This document shows positions 48,297 through 58,462 of a stretch of DNA of 64,000 nt, in pieces (position 1 is the stretch's first letter; every line of letters begins with the position of its first letter). Position numbers and translations under genes: made by a program. The notes under the pieces are model-generated. The model was not told where the DNA came from, ran no database searches, and saw nothing but the letters and a program-made list of their open reading frames with translations. Origin of the DNA: an uncultured Gemmatimonadaceae bacterium (GTDB lineage Bacteria; Gemmatimonadota; Gemmatimonadetes; Gemmatimonadales; Gemmatimonadaceae); NCBI GenBank assembly GCA_963781585.1, contig CAWAGQ010000004.1, positions 1,038,622 to 1,102,621 of the forward strand, written 5' to 3'.

Positions 48297-48413
48297 CCGC
48301 CAACAGCCCGATACCTCCGATCGCAGCTCACAGCGCACACTGATCGCTGGTAGCCCATAACCGAGAATCGATCGCCGCTCGCTCCCGGCTGGCGCGGTGC
48401 GGCGCCCGCGTCG

Positions 48414-49628
48414 TCAGGCGCGCTCGAGCACCATGGCCGCACCCTGCCCCACGCCCACGCACATGGTGCAGAGCGCGTAGCGGCCACCGGCTTGCGCCAG
48501 TTCGGTGGCCGCCGTCAGGAGCAGTCGCGCTCCGGACATTCCCAGCGGATGCCCCAGCGCAATCGCGCCGCCGCCCGGATTGACCCGCGGATCGTCGTCG
48601 CGCAGTCCGAGCTCGCGCAGGCAGGCCAGCGATTGGGCGGCGAAGGCTTCGTTCAGCTCGATGACGGCCAGGTCGTCGAGCGAGAGCCCGGCCCGGTTCA
48701 GGACCTGCCGGGTGGCCGGCACGGGTCCCATCCCCATGAGTCGCGGTTCCACTCCCACCGCCGCCGCCGCCACGATGCGCGCCAGGGGCGCGAGCCCGAA
48801 TTCGCCGACCGCCCGCTCGGCGGCCAGCAGCAGCGCGCAGGCGCCGTCGTTGATGCCTGACGAGTTCCCGGCCGTCACGCTTCCGTGGCCGTCGGTGCGG
48901 AACGCCGGACGCAGGCGGCCCAGCACCTCGCGCGTGGTTCCGGGCTTGATGAACTCGTCCGTCGCAAATTCCTCGGTGGCACCCTTTCGGGCGCCGGGCA
49001 CCGTGACGGCGGTGATCTCGAGGGACAGCCGCCCGCGGTCGCGGGCGCGGGTCGCTTTCTCCTGGCTGCTCACGGCAAAAGCGTCCTGGTCTTCGCGCGA
49101 CACCCGGTAGTGCTCCGCGACGTTCTCGGCGGTCTGGCCCATCGAATCGATTCCGTAGAGCTCGCGCATGCGCGGATTCACGAAACGCCAGCCGATGCTC
49201 GTGTCGTAGAGCTGGGCGTCGCGGGCCCAGGGCGCGCCGCCCTTGGAGACCACGTATGGCGCCCGTGTCATGCTCTCCACCCCGCCCGCGACGTACACGT
49301 CTCCGTCACCGAGGGCGATGCCGTTGGCGGCGATGGCGGCCGCGCTCATCCCGGAGGCGCACAGGCGGTTCACCGTCATGCCGGGAACGCCCACCGGAAG
49401 GCCGGCGAGGAGCAGTGCCATCCGCGCGACGTTCCGGTTGTCCTCACCGGCCTGATTCGCGCAGCCCAGAATCACGTCCGCGATGCGACTCCGATCCACC
49501 GACGGATAGCGCTCGAAGAGCCGCCCGATGACGAGCGCGGCCATGTCATCGGGGCGTACCGTGGCCAGGCGCCCTCCGAAGGAGCCGATCGGCGTGCGGA
49601 CACCGCCGACGAGAAACGCGGAAGCCAT
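48414..49628 (-). CDS. paaJ: 3-oxoadipyl-CoA/3-oxo-5,6-dehydrosuberyl-CoA thiolase
   Basis: GCANQAGEDNRNVAR, NRLCASG, GVESMTRAP, NEAFA, GHPLGMSG, CVGVGQG; paa context. Confidence 0.92.
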   Translation of the reverse strand: MASAFLVGGVRTPIGSFGGRLATVRPDDMAALVIGRLFERYPSVDRSRIADVILGCANQAGEDNRNVARMALLLAGLPVGVPGMTVNRLCASGMSAAAIAANGIALGDGDVYVAGGVESMTRAPYVVSKGGAPWARDAQLYDTSIGWRFVNPRMRELYGIDSMGQTAENVAEHYRVSREDQDAFAVSSQEKATRARDRGRLSLEITAVTVPGARKGATEEFATDEFIKPGTTREVLGRLRPAFRTDGHGSVTAGNSSGINDGACALLLAAERAVGEFGLAPLARIVAAAAVGVEPRLMGMGPVPATRQVLNRAGLSLDDLAVIELNEAFAAQSLACLRELGLRDDDPRVNPGGGAIALGHPLGMSGARLLLTAATELAQAGGRYALCTMCVGVGQGAAMVLERA

Positions 49629-49713
49629 CAGCGGCCTGTCGGCCACGCCGATCGCGCGGCCAGGCTCGGGAGCCACGGCCTGACGAGCGGCGCGCGTGAA
49701 CCGGGGAGGTGGA

Positions 49714-50154
49714 TCATACCGAATCGGCGAAATGCGCCCGCGACGTGCGGTACGCGGTCCCGCGGAAGAGCGCGACGACGTCCTGGCGCTGGTTCCGCAC
49801 GTCCACCCGGTAGTAGCTCAGACGCTGCGAGGCAGCCTCTTCGGAAGCCACCGCCGTGAGGACATCGCCGGGATGGACCGGCGCAGGATAGGTCATCGAG
49901 TTCTCGATGCTGACCGTGATGTGTCCGTGGGTGTTGCACGCAAAGGCGAACGCCGAGTCGGCGAGCGAGAAGGCGACCCCGCCGTGCCCCACCCCGAACC
50001 CGTTCACCATCTCGGCACGGACCGTCATTCGGCACACGCACCGTCGCGGAGCCACCTCCACCACCTCGATGCCGAACCAGGCGCTCATGGCGTCACGCGC
50101 CATCATCGCCGCCACCACGCGCTCGGCCAGTTCCTGCGCCGCCGACGCGCTCAC
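49714..50154 (-). CDS. paaI: Phenylacetyl-CoA thioesterase (hotdog fold)
   Basis: [11 protein letters not shown]...[11 protein letters not shown]; paa context. Confidence 0.92.
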   Translation of the reverse strand: MSASAAQELAERVVAAMMARDAMSAWFGIEVVEVAPRRCVCRMTVRAEMVNGFGVGHGGVAFSLADSAFAFACNTHGHITVSIENSMTYPAPVHPGDVLTAVASEEAASQRLSYYRVDVRNQRQDVVALFRGTAYRTSRAHFADSV

Positions 50155-51335
50155 GGAAAGAACCGCCGCCGGTCGCGCGCCATGCGCTTGAGGAGGGGAC
50201 TGGGCCGGTAGCGATCCTCCTCGTACTCCCGCTGCAATCGCACCAGCTCGTTCAGGACCTGATCGAATCCCAGTGCGTCGCCCCAGGCAAGGAGACCGCG
50301 CGGATAGTGCACGCCCTTCGTCATCGCCAGCTCGATGTCGCCGGGGGTGGCCACCTGCAGCGACACGGCATCCACCGCTTCGTTGATGAGCATCGCCACC
50401 ACGCGGGTCACAATGCGCTCGCCTAACGATCGATCTTCAGTGGCCCGGCGGGGAGCTGCCTCGGGCGCGTATTCATAGAAGCCGCGCCCGGTCTTGCGGC
50501 CCAGGAAGCCGGCCTCTACCAGGCGGCGCTGAGTCAGCGACGGCCGATACCGCGGGTCGTAGTGCATCGCGGTCCACACCGATTCCGTGACGGCGTAGTT
50601 CACGTCGAGGCCGATGAAGTCCATCAGCAGAAAGGGGCCCATCCGGAATCCGCCGATCTCCCGCAGCGCCCAGTCGATCGTTGGCGGATCGGCGATCCCC
50701 TCCTCGAGCATCCGCAGGGATTCTCCATAGAAGGGACGCGCGATTCGATTGACGATGAAGCCCGGCGTATCGGTGGCCACCACCGCCACCTTCCGCCATC
50801 CGGTGGCGAGGTCGCGAGTGGCCGCCGCGGTCTCCGGGGCCGTGCGCAGGCCGGGCACGATCTCCACCAGCGGCATCACCGGCGCCGGATTGAAGAAGTG
50901 CATGCCGACCACGCGCTCCGGCCTGGCGCAAGCGGACGCGATCGACGTGACGGAGAGCGACGACGTGTTCGTCGCCAGCACGCACTCATCATCGACCACG
51001 CGCTCCAGCGCCCGGAACGAAGCCTGTTTCACGTCGAGTTGCTCCACCACCGCTTCCACGACTATCCGGCAGTGCCGGAACGGGTCGAACCCGGTCGCCG
51101 GCGGAATGAGCGTGAGGCGACGGGACGCCGCTTCGGCCGCGTCGCTCGTGAGGCGGCCCCGGTCGACCTCGCGCCGGAGCGCGGCCTCGATCGCCTCGTG
51201 CGCCCGGTCCACCGCCCGCGGCTGCGCATCGCTGAGAAGCACGCGGTGGCCGTAGGTGAGGGCTACCTGGGCGATCCCGGCGCCCATCGCGCCGGCGCCG
51301 ACCACGCCAACAACGGCATCGGAGGTCAGTCCCAT
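50151..51335 (-). CDS. paaH: 3-hydroxyacyl-CoA dehydrogenase
   Basis: [41 protein letters not shown]. Confidence 0.92.
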   Translation of the reverse strand: MGLTSDAVVGVVGAGAMGAGIAQVALTYGHRVLLSDAQPRAVDRAHEAIEAALRREVDRGRLTSDAAEAASRRLTLIPPATGFDPFRHCRIVVEAVVEQLDVKQASFRALERVVDDECVLATNTSSLSVTSIASACARPERVVGMHFFNPAPVMPLVEIVPGLRTAPETAAATRDLATGWRKVAVVATDTPGFIVNRIARPFYGESLRMLEEGIADPPTIDWALREIGGFRMGPFLLMDFIGLDVNYAVTESVWTAMHYDPRYRPSLTQRRLVEAGFLGRKTGRGFYEYAPEAAPRRATEDRSLGERIVTRVVAMLINEAVDAVSLQVATPGDIELAMTKGVHYPRGLLAWGDALGFDQVLNELVRLQREYEEDRYRPSPLLKRMARDRRRFFP

Positions 51336-51357
51336 GCGCACCGAGGTTGCCGACCAC

Positions 51358-52149
51358 TCATCGGCCGCGGAATGCGGGGGAGCGCTTCTCGCGAAAGGCA
51401 CGTACACCTTCCGCGAAATCGCTGGTCTTCCCCGCCACGGTCTGCAGGTCCGCCTCGAGCTCGAGTTGCGTATCGAGGTCGTTCCGTTGCGACGCCTGGA
51501 GTGCGCGTTTTATCAGTCCGAGCGCGACGGTCGGTTGCGCCGCCAGGGCGCCGGCGATCACCATCGATCGCGCCTCGAGATCTCCCGGCGGGCAGACCTC
51601 CCACACGAGCCCCCAGTCGCGCGCCTGTACCGCCGAGAACTTCTCGCCGAGCAACATCAGGCCCGAGGCCCGAGCCAGCCCGGCCAGGCGCGGCACGAAC
51701 CAGGTGGCTCCGCTGTCCGGAATGAGCCCGATCCGGCAGAACGAGAGCGCGAACGACGCATCCGACGAGGCGAGCACGATGTCACAGGCAAAGGCGACGC
51801 TTGCACCCGCGCCGGCGGCGACCCCGTTCACCGCGCAGAGCACTGGTTTCCCGATTTCCCGAAGTGCCAGGATCAAGGGGTTGTATTGCGCGCGAACCGT
51901 GTCGCCCAGAACCGGCGGCTTTGCCGCGAGATCGGAGGGGACCACCGAAAGGTCCTGGCCCGCGCAGAAGGCGCGTCCGGCACCCGTGAGCAGGATCGCC
52001 CGCACCTCGACGTCGCCGGCCGCGCTGCGCAGCGCATCATGGAGCTCGCGCGCCATCTCGAGGTTGAAGGCGTTCAGCACGGCGGGACGGTCGAGCGTGA
52101 TGCACCGTATGGCGTCCCTGGTCTCGCAACGGATGAAGCGATCCGGCAT
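51358..52149 (-). CDS. paaG: Ring-1,2-epoxyphenylacetyl-CoA isomerase (crotonase fold)
   Basis: [36 protein letters not shown]. Confidence 0.9.
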   Translation of the reverse strand: MPDRFIRCETRDAIRCITLDRPAVLNAFNLEMARELHDALRSAAGDVEVRAILLTGAGRAFCAGQDLSVVPSDLAAKPPVLGDTVRAQYNPLILALREIGKPVLCAVNGVAAGAGASVAFACDIVLASSDASFALSFCRIGLIPDSGATWFVPRLAGLARASGLMLLGEKFSAVQARDWGLVWEVCPPGDLEARSMVIAGALAAQPTVALGLIKRALQASQRNDLDTQLELEADLQTVAGKTSDFAEGVRAFREKRSPAFRGR

Positions 52150-52229
52150 CCACACTCCGGGGAGGAGGAGGGCTCAGCGTGGCGGGCGGTAAGTTAGCGC
52201 GCCGGCAGGCGCGACGTCACCGTGGCGCA

Positions 52230-54551
52230 TCAGCGCGGCGACCCGGGCAGCACTTCCACCCGGGAAATCGCGTCGCCCTCGAGCACCGCATCGATGACGT
52301 CCATCCCCGATTCCACGGCGCCCACGACGGTGTAGTCATGGTCCAGCCGGTAGTTGTCGACGAGGTTGACGAACAGCTGGGCGTCGCCGGTATCACGGCC
52401 TCGGGTGGAGATGCCGACGGTTCCACGCCGGTGCGAGGCCAGCCCCAGCTCGTCGCGCAGAAACGGCCCGTCGCCGATGTACTCGTTCGCGCCGGGGCTC
52501 CCGCCCTGAATCACGAAATCGGGCACCACCCGGTGCCAGGTGAGTCCGTTGTAGTAGCCGGCGCGCGCGAGGGACACGACGCGCGCCACGGTTGCCGGCG
52601 CATTCTCCGGGTCGAGCCGCAGCATCACCGTGCCCGGGCCGGCGACGGTCTGTATCGTTAGGCGCAGACGGACCGCGGGGCCGGTGGCGAGGGCGCCGAG
52701 CGGGACCGGCGACGACGGCGCGGGGACCACCGATACCACATTCTGGCGGGTCCAGGCGGACAGGAGGTGCATGGCGCGCGCGCCGACCGCGGGATCGACG
52801 TCCCGCAGATAGGGCACCAGGCGGGGCGCCAGGCTGCTGTCCCCCATCTCCGATATCCGCGCGAGCAGCTCCATCCGCGGATCGCGCGAGGTCTCGCGCC
52901 GCGCCGCCGTGAGCCGATCGAGCGCGGCAGCCAGCGACGGCACCAGGGCGGTACGGGGGGGGGCGCCCCGAAGCGCCCTCGCGGCGGCCAGCACGACCTG
53001 TGGGTCGCGGCTCTCGAGCGCCGCGACATAGATGCCGTCGGCCGCGTGCCCCACCACGGTCGAGAGGCCGTCGAGCGCCACCTCCCGCACGTTGGCCACG
53101 GTGTCCTGCGCGAGGGCGGTCAACACCGGGGCGTCGTGCGCCGCGGCCGCCGCCCGCGCGGCGTACAGGCGCAGGTGCCACTCTTCGGCGCGCGCCTCCC
53201 GCGCGATGACCGGACGAGCGCCCGCCGAGTCCACCCTGGCCAGCGCGACCAGCGCGTGCGCACGCTGGTGCCAGGACGCCGCGCCCCCAGCCACACCGGC
53301 GCCGCCCGGCGCCGCGTTCGCCACTGCGCGCAGGCGATCCGCCGCCGGCCCCGGCGGCAGGCATCGGCCGCCTAACGCGTCGATCGCCGCCAGACGGACC
53401 TGAGCGCTGGGGTCCGTGGTCGCCTGCACCAGCGGCCCGCAGTCCTGCGTCGCAAAGAGCTGCCGGTACATCCGCACCCACTCCACTCGCACCAGAAACG
53501 AGGAATCCTCGCGGGCGGCCCGGAGCACCTCGCGCTGCAGAAACACGTCGGACGCGTTCGGCAGATACAGGACGGCCAGTCGCCGCACCTGCGGATCGGG
53601 ATCGCGCGCCGCGCCGCGAACGAGCAGCTCGTCCCGGTGTCCGGCGGCCGTGAGGGCAAGCCACGCCAGGCGCCGGATCGCCGCCGCCTCCTCGACGGTC
53701 GCTTGGGCGTTGGCGGCCGAATCGCGCCCATACACCGCCGCTGTGCGCAGCACGGCGATCGACGGGCTGGTGAGCGCGCCGAGCGTCCGGCGCGCCCGGG
53801 CCAGCGCGTAGAGACCGTGCGCGGCGCCACGCAGAACGGGCGCCGGCGCGCGGGCGCTCGCCGGCGGCTCGCTGGACGCGCTCGCCCGTCCCACGATGGT
53901 CGCGATGGCCTCTTCGGCGTCGCGCGCCTGCGCCGGCACCGTGTACGGGAGGCGGCCGATGGACCGTGCGAGGACTCCCATCACAAGTGGCGAGCGCTCC
54001 CGCCGAATCGGCGCGATCAGCAGCGCGAAGACCGAATCGACCGCTGCGCGGGCGCCGGCAATCCGCTGGCTGTCGCCCGGCGGCGGCGTTGCGCTCACGC
54101 TCTGCGCGAGGGCATTGGCGGCTTCGGCGCGCACGCTCCCGGCGGAATCGGTGAGCAGGGGAGCGATCTGGTCGATCAGGTCGGAGCGTTCCAGCCGGCC
54201 AAGACCACGCACGGCGATGCGACGGATCGCGGAATCGGCGCTCGCGACGCCGTCGAGCAGCGGCGTCACGCCCGCGCCCCCGTGTCCCCTTTCGTCTTCC
54301 GCGCGGAGCATCGCGTCCAGCAGCACCATGCGTGACCGCGCGGCGGACGATGCGGCTCGTTGGGCAAGCACGGTCGGCGGCAGGATCAGCGCGGCCCCCA
54401 CCAGCGCGATCGCCGGGGCGAGCCACACCGCGAGGGACCGGCCCGAGCGGCGCGGGCCCGCGATCGCCGGCAACCAGTCGGTGCGGCGCGCGCGCGACAG
54501 AGCGGGCGAGCAGCGCGCACCGCGCGAGAACGAAGCGACGTGGGACCGCAT
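52230..54551 (-). CDS. HEAT-repeat protein with C-terminal cyclophilin PPIase domain (exported)
   Basis: Repeated VR-x-x-A HEAT-like units; GYYNGLTWHRVVPDFVIQGG, GRDTGDAQLFVN; start uncertain. Confidence 0.85.
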   Translation of the reverse strand: MRSHVASFSRGARCSPALSRARRTDWLPAIAGPRRSGRSLAVWLAPAIALVGAALILPPTVLAQRAASSAARSRMVLLDAMLRAEDERGHGGAGVTPLLDGVASADSAIRRIAVRGLGRLERSDLIDQIAPLLTDSAGSVRAEAANALAQSVSATPPPGDSQRIAGARAAVDSVFALLIAPIRRERSPLVMGVLARSIGRLPYTVPAQARDAEEAIATIVGRASASSEPPASARAPAPVLRGAAHGLYALARARRTLGALTSPSIAVLRTAAVYGRDSAANAQATVEEAAAIRRLAWLALTAAGHRDELLVRGAARDPDPQVRRLAVLYLPNASDVFLQREVLRAAREDSSFLVRVEWVRMYRQLFATQDCGPLVQATTDPSAQVRLAAIDALGGRCLPPGPAADRLRAVANAAPGGAGVAGGAASWHQRAHALVALARVDSAGARPVIAREARAEEWHLRLYAARAAAAAHDAPVLTALAQDTVANVREVALDGLSTVVGHAADGIYVAALESRDPQVVLAAARALRGAPPRTALVPSLAAALDRLTAARRETSRDPRMELLARISEMGDSSLAPRLVPYLRDVDPAVGARAMHLLSAWTRQNVVSVVPAPSSPVPLGALATGPAVRLRLTIQTVAGPGTVMLRLDPENAPATVARVVSLARAGYYNGLTWHRVVPDFVIQGGSPGANEYIGDGPFLRDELGLASHRRGTVGISTRGRDTGDAQLFVNLVDNYRLDHDYTVVGAVESGMDVIDAVLEGDAISRVEVLPGSPR

Positions 54552-54695
54552 GCCCCAAGATATCGTCTGGCGAAGGCGCGCGGTGCATTCGCTGGCGGGC
54601 GTTCAGTGCGGGCGGGCGCCGCGACTTCTGAGGCGGTTGCCGGTCATTAGATTGGACGCGAGGCCGCAGCAACCGACTCTCCGAGCCGATACCGC

Positions 54696-56825
54696 ATGTC
54701 AGTCCAGTCCGCGCGAAGAAGCAGAAGTGCGAAGAGCGCCGGCGTGCAACCGCAGTTCGATTGGAGGCGGATCGCCTACCACGCACTCGCCTCGCGCGCG
54801 CTGGACGACATCGAGGAGGCGACGAACCGCGACCGCGCCACCGTGCCGAAGGAGCAGCTGGTGCTGTACCAGTTCTCGGCACGCGGCCATGAAGTGGCGC
54901 AGTGCATTCTGGCGGCGCTGATCGATCGGCGCGAAGACGCGGTGAGCGCCTACTACCGCTCGAGGCCGCTGCTGCTGACCCTCGGGCTCCCGATCGAGGA
55001 GGGCTTCGCCGGCCCGTTAGGCAGGACCGGTGCATTCAGCGACGGACGCGACATCGGCGTGGTCTGCAATCTGCCCTCGCGCCACGGCCCGAAGGTGCTG
55101 CCGATGGGGGGGGACGTCGGTTCGCAGTACACACCCGCGGCCGGCTGGGCGCAGGCCATCACCTACCATCGCGACGTGCTCGAGGACGAGCGGTACCGTG
55201 GCGCGATGGCGGTGGTGCTCGGCGGCGAAGGGTCGGTCGCGACCAATGGCTTCTGGTCCGCCCTCACCATCGCTACCACACTCCGGCTCCCGCTGCTCTT
55301 CTACATCGAAGACAACGGGTTGGGGATTTCGGTGCCTGGAACGATGCAGACGCCGGGCGGCAACATCGCGGCCAATCTCGCGTCGTTCGGCAACCTGCTG
55401 GTGCGCGACGGCGACGGCACCGATCCCGATCAGACCGCACGGCTGTTCCACGAGGTGGTGGGCCACGTGCGCGGCGGTGCGGGACCGGCGCTGGTGCATC
55501 TGACGGTACCGCGCCTGTCGAGTCACTCCGGGCCCGACAACCAGAAGGGATATCGGACCGAGGAGGAGATCGTCGCCGACTGGAAGCGCGATCCGCTCCC
55601 GCGGCTACGGGGATATCTCGTTCCGGACCACATTCCCGCCGAAGCCTGGACCGATCTCGAGGCCGAGGTGGCGCGGGACGTGCGGACGGGACTCGATGCC
55701 GCCCGGGCGCGTCCGTCGCCCGATCCGGATCAGGTGAAGCGCTTCGTGTACGCCGAGCCCGAGCGGCCTGGCGACCGGCGCGCGTTAGGCGGCCTCGCCG
55801 ACGAGGAACGGCACCGGCTCGGCGGCACTCCGGAACCCCGCGACGACGGCAAGTTGATCCGGTTCACCGAGGCCGTGCGCCGGACGCTGCGGCGCGAGCT
55901 GCTGGTCAATCCAAAACTCCTCGTCTTCGGCGAAGACGTGGGCGTGAAGGGCGGCGTGCACCTTGTCACCGAAGGACTGCAAAGGGAGTTCGGGGACCGC
56001 CGGGTCTTCGACACCAGCCTTTCCGAGGAGGGGATCATCGGGCGCGCCGTAGGCATGGCGATCGCGGGCCTGATGCCGGTCGCAGAAATCCAGTTCCGGA
56101 AGTACGCCGACCCGGCCACCGAACAGCTCAACAACTGCGGGACCATGCGCTGGCGTACCGGCAACCGGTTCTGCGCGCCGATCGTGGTGCGGATGCCGGG
56201 CGGCTTCGGGAAGGACGTGGGCGACCCGTGGCATTCGGTGAGCGGCGAAGTCCTCTGGGCGCATGCCATCGGGTGGCAGGTGGTGATGCCGTCCAACGCC
56301 GCCGACGCGGTGGGACTCCTGCGCGCCGCCATGCGCTCGCCCAACCCGACGATCTTCTTCGAGCACCGGTCGCTGTTGATGACCAGCGATGGCAGCGCCC
56401 ACTACCCCGGCGACGACTACCTGATTCCGTTGGGCAGCGCGCATGTCGTCCGGACCGGCGACGACGCCACCGTGGTGACCTGGGGAGCGATGGTGCATCG
56501 GTGTCTCGACGCCTGCGCGCGCGTGAAGGCATCGGTGGACCTGATCGATCTGCGATCAATCGCGCCGTGGGACAAGGCGCTGGTGCTGGAGTCGGTGCGC
56601 CGGACCGGACGGTGCCTGGTGGTGCACGAGGACACGATGACCGCGGGCTTCGGCGCTGAGGTCGCCGCGGTGCTCGCCCGGGAAGCGTTCTGGGAGCTCG
56701 ACGCACCGGTGGACCGGGTCTGCGTAGAGGATGTTCCCCTGCCCTATCATCCCAACCTCCTCAACGCCGTGCTTCCCGATGCGGCGACGATCGCGGCGCG
56801 ACTCGAGGCGCTGCTCGGGATCTGA
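54696..56825 (+). CDS. Fused 2-oxoacid dehydrogenase E1 alpha+beta (branched-chain/pyruvate-type)
   Basis: GHE, YYR, GEG...EDN TPP motif, HS..D; beta part FGEDV..GGV, DTSLSEEGI, EIQF, IDLRSI.PWD, VVHED. Confidence 0.9.
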   Translation: MSVQSARRSRSAKSAGVQPQFDWRRIAYHALASRALDDIEEATNRDRATVPKEQLVLYQFSARGHEVAQCILAALIDRREDAVSAYYRSRPLLLTLGLPIEEGFAGPLGRTGAFSDGRDIGVVCNLPSRHGPKVLPMGGDVGSQYTPAAGWAQAITYHRDVLEDERYRGAMAVVLGGEGSVATNGFWSALTIATTLRLPLLFYIEDNGLGISVPGTMQTPGGNIAANLASFGNLLVRDGDGTDPDQTARLFHEVVGHVRGGAGPALVHLTVPRLSSHSGPDNQKGYRTEEEIVADWKRDPLPRLRGYLVPDHIPAEAWTDLEAEVARDVRTGLDAARARPSPDPDQVKRFVYAEPERPGDRRALGGLADEERHRLGGTPEPRDDGKLIRFTEAVRRTLRRELLVNPKLLVFGEDVGVKGGVHLVTEGLQREFGDRRVFDTSLSEEGIIGRAVGMAIAGLMPVAEIQFRKYADPATEQLNNCGTMRWRTGNRFCAPIVVRMPGGFGKDVGDPWHSVSGEVLWAHAIGWQVVMPSNAADAVGLLRAAMRSPNPTIFFEHRSLLMTSDGSAHYPGDDYLIPLGSAHVVRTGDDATVVTWGAMVHRCLDACARVKASVDLIDLRSIAPWDKALVLESVRRTGRCLVVHEDTMTAGFGAEVAAVLAREAFWELDAPVDRVCVEDVPLPYHPNLLNAVLPDAATIAARLEALLGI

Positions 56826-56855
56826 GGTCGTTGGGGAAGGGGTGAATCCGGGGCG

Positions 56856-57359
56856 CTAGCCGACGGTGATCACACCGGTCCCGGCATCGTACTGGGTGGT
56901 ATACGAGCGCATGTTGCTGGTGGGCTGACCGCCGATCCAGCGCCCGCTCTCATCGAACTGCGCCCCGTGTCGCGGGCAGATGAACCGGCCCGACGAGTAT
57001 CCCACCGTGGTTCCCTGATGCGGACAGACACGCGACAGGGTCACGAACTGGGCCGCGCCCGTCCGCACGATCGCGAACGGGGCGCCGCCCGACGCGACCA
57101 GCGCCACGCCGCCCACGTTGGAGAGCGCGGAATAATCACTCAGGTGCACACTGAACGACACCGAGCCGGGCGGCGTGGTAAACCCGGAATTCCCCCCCAT
57201 GCACGCCGCCAGCAGCGTGGCGGCCGCGGCCAGCGCCGCGGAGGAGATGAAGTGTCGACGGTCGACCATCGGGGCGCCGCCGCTATCACCCGGCGCCAGT
57301 GCGCAGCCATCGCACGACGCGGACCGTGTGGTTCCAACTGGATTTGCCGACATCCTCAT
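56856..57359 (-). CDS. Tat-exported Rieske 2Fe-2S lipoprotein
   Basis: DRRHFI twin-arginine motif, LLAAC lipobox, CPHQG and CPRHGA Rieske boxes. Confidence 0.85.
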   Translation of the reverse strand: MRMSANPVGTTRSASCDGCALAPGDSGGAPMVDRRHFISSAALAAAATLLAACMGGNSGFTTPPGSVSFSVHLSDYSALSNVGGVALVASGGAPFAIVRTGAAQFVTLSRVCPHQGTTVGYSSGRFICPRHGAQFDESGRWIGGQPTSNMRSYTTQYDAGTGVITVG

Positions 57360-57367
57360 TCGCTCCC

Positions 57368-57922
57368 TCAACCAAGATGTACGCAGGCGTTCTTCCAGGC
57401 GGCCGGGTCGTCGTTCTGCTTGATCATCGAGTCCAGCTCCACGACCACGGTGTCCCGCTCGCGACGAATTGCGAGCCGGTCCATGCCGCGCGTAGCCCGT
57501 CCCGATACGAACTCGCCGTCCGGCGTATAGCGCGAGTGATGCTTGGGACACTGGAAGCTGTGATCGCGATCGATCCATCGCAGGGCGGTGTTCTGGTGCG
57601 GACAGGACAGGTTGAAGGCGTACATCGCGCCCTCCCACCGCACGAGGATCACCTGGTTGTCACGATCGATCGACACCGAGTCCGCGGCGGGAATCGGATA
57701 GGTGCGCGTACTGGCCGATCGCGCAACGGGAGTGACGACCACGCGCGCGATCGTCCCCATGGCACGCGACAGCCCCGCAATCCCCATCATGGCCGCCATC
57801 ATATTCCCCACGAACTCGCGCCGCCGGAGACCGATCTCGCACCCGGCGCATGCCAGGGCCACGGCGTCGGGTCGATCGGACCGCGATACGTCGAGCAGCT
57901 CGTCACGCACGTCGTCAGGCAT
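57368..57922 (-). CDS. Tat-exported Rieske 2Fe-2S protein
   Basis: RRREFV twin-arginine motif, CPHQN and CPKHHS Rieske boxes. Confidence 0.85.
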   Translation of the reverse strand: MPDDVRDELLDVSRSDRPDAVALACAGCEIGLRRREFVGNMMAAMMGIAGLSRAMGTIARVVVTPVARSASTRTYPIPAADSVSIDRDNQVILVRWEGAMYAFNLSCPHQNTALRWIDRDHSFQCPKHHSRYTPDGEFVSGRATRGMDRLAIRRERDTVVVELDSMIKQNDDPAAWKNACVHLG

Positions 57923-58430
57923 AGCTGGCGAGGGCGGTTCCGAGCACCAGCGTGAGGCTCCACAAGCCCAGACTGCACAGCGCGCTGGTCCGAAGACGAC
58001 CAGCCAGCTTCATCTCGCGCGCCAGGACGTCTCCGCCCTCACGCCCCAGGGCGTCGGCACTGGACCTCAGGACCGCACCGTTCACCAGCAGCAGACCAAA
58101 GACACCCATCTTCACCCAGAAGATCACCGACACGGCAAAGGTGTCGACGTCGGCGGCAGCCAGGGCGAGACCACTGAGCGTGAGCACCACGATGGCCGTC
58201 AGCACCACCGGATGCGTGGTCCGGATCGACGCCAGGAGACGAGCGCGGTCGTCTCCCGCTGCCCGCCCGAGTCGCAGCGTGGACCAATCCGTCGTCACGG
58301 CGAACCCGCCGCCAAAGAGCAGGGCAAGGATGTGTGTGGCGGTGACGGCGGTGGAAATCGCCTTCGAATCACTGAAGGCTTGCTGCCAGGGAGCGAAAAG
58401 ATCGGCGAGATGGCCGAGGAGATTCGTCAT
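57915..58430 (-). CDS. 4-TM membrane protein (DUF6644/CopD-like; family uncertain)
   Basis: HILALLFGGG, LSGL.LAAAD, FWVKM...LLVNG; overlaps next gene start. Confidence 0.65.
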   Translation of the reverse strand: MTNLLGHLADLFAPWQQAFSDSKAISTAVTATHILALLFGGGFAVTTDWSTLRLGRAAGDDRARLLASIRTTHPVVLTAIVVLTLSGLALAAADVDTFAVSVIFWVKMGVFGLLLVNGAVLRSSADALGREGGDVLAREMKLAGRLRTSALCSLGLWSLTLVLGTALASYA

Positions 58431-58462
58431 GCTGACACCCGGAATGGTCAAAGGCTCGAAGA

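Noticed and set aside
52393..55035. 880-aa minus-strand ORF
   Set aside because: Alternate-frame Arg/Ala/Gly-rich shadow of the HEAT-cyclophilin gene
56856..57922. Rieske proteins as a PaaE substitute or as bc1 subunits
   Set aside because: Tat signals place them outside the cytoplasm where Paa acts; they lack the bc1 disulfide cysteines and there is no cytochrome b/c1
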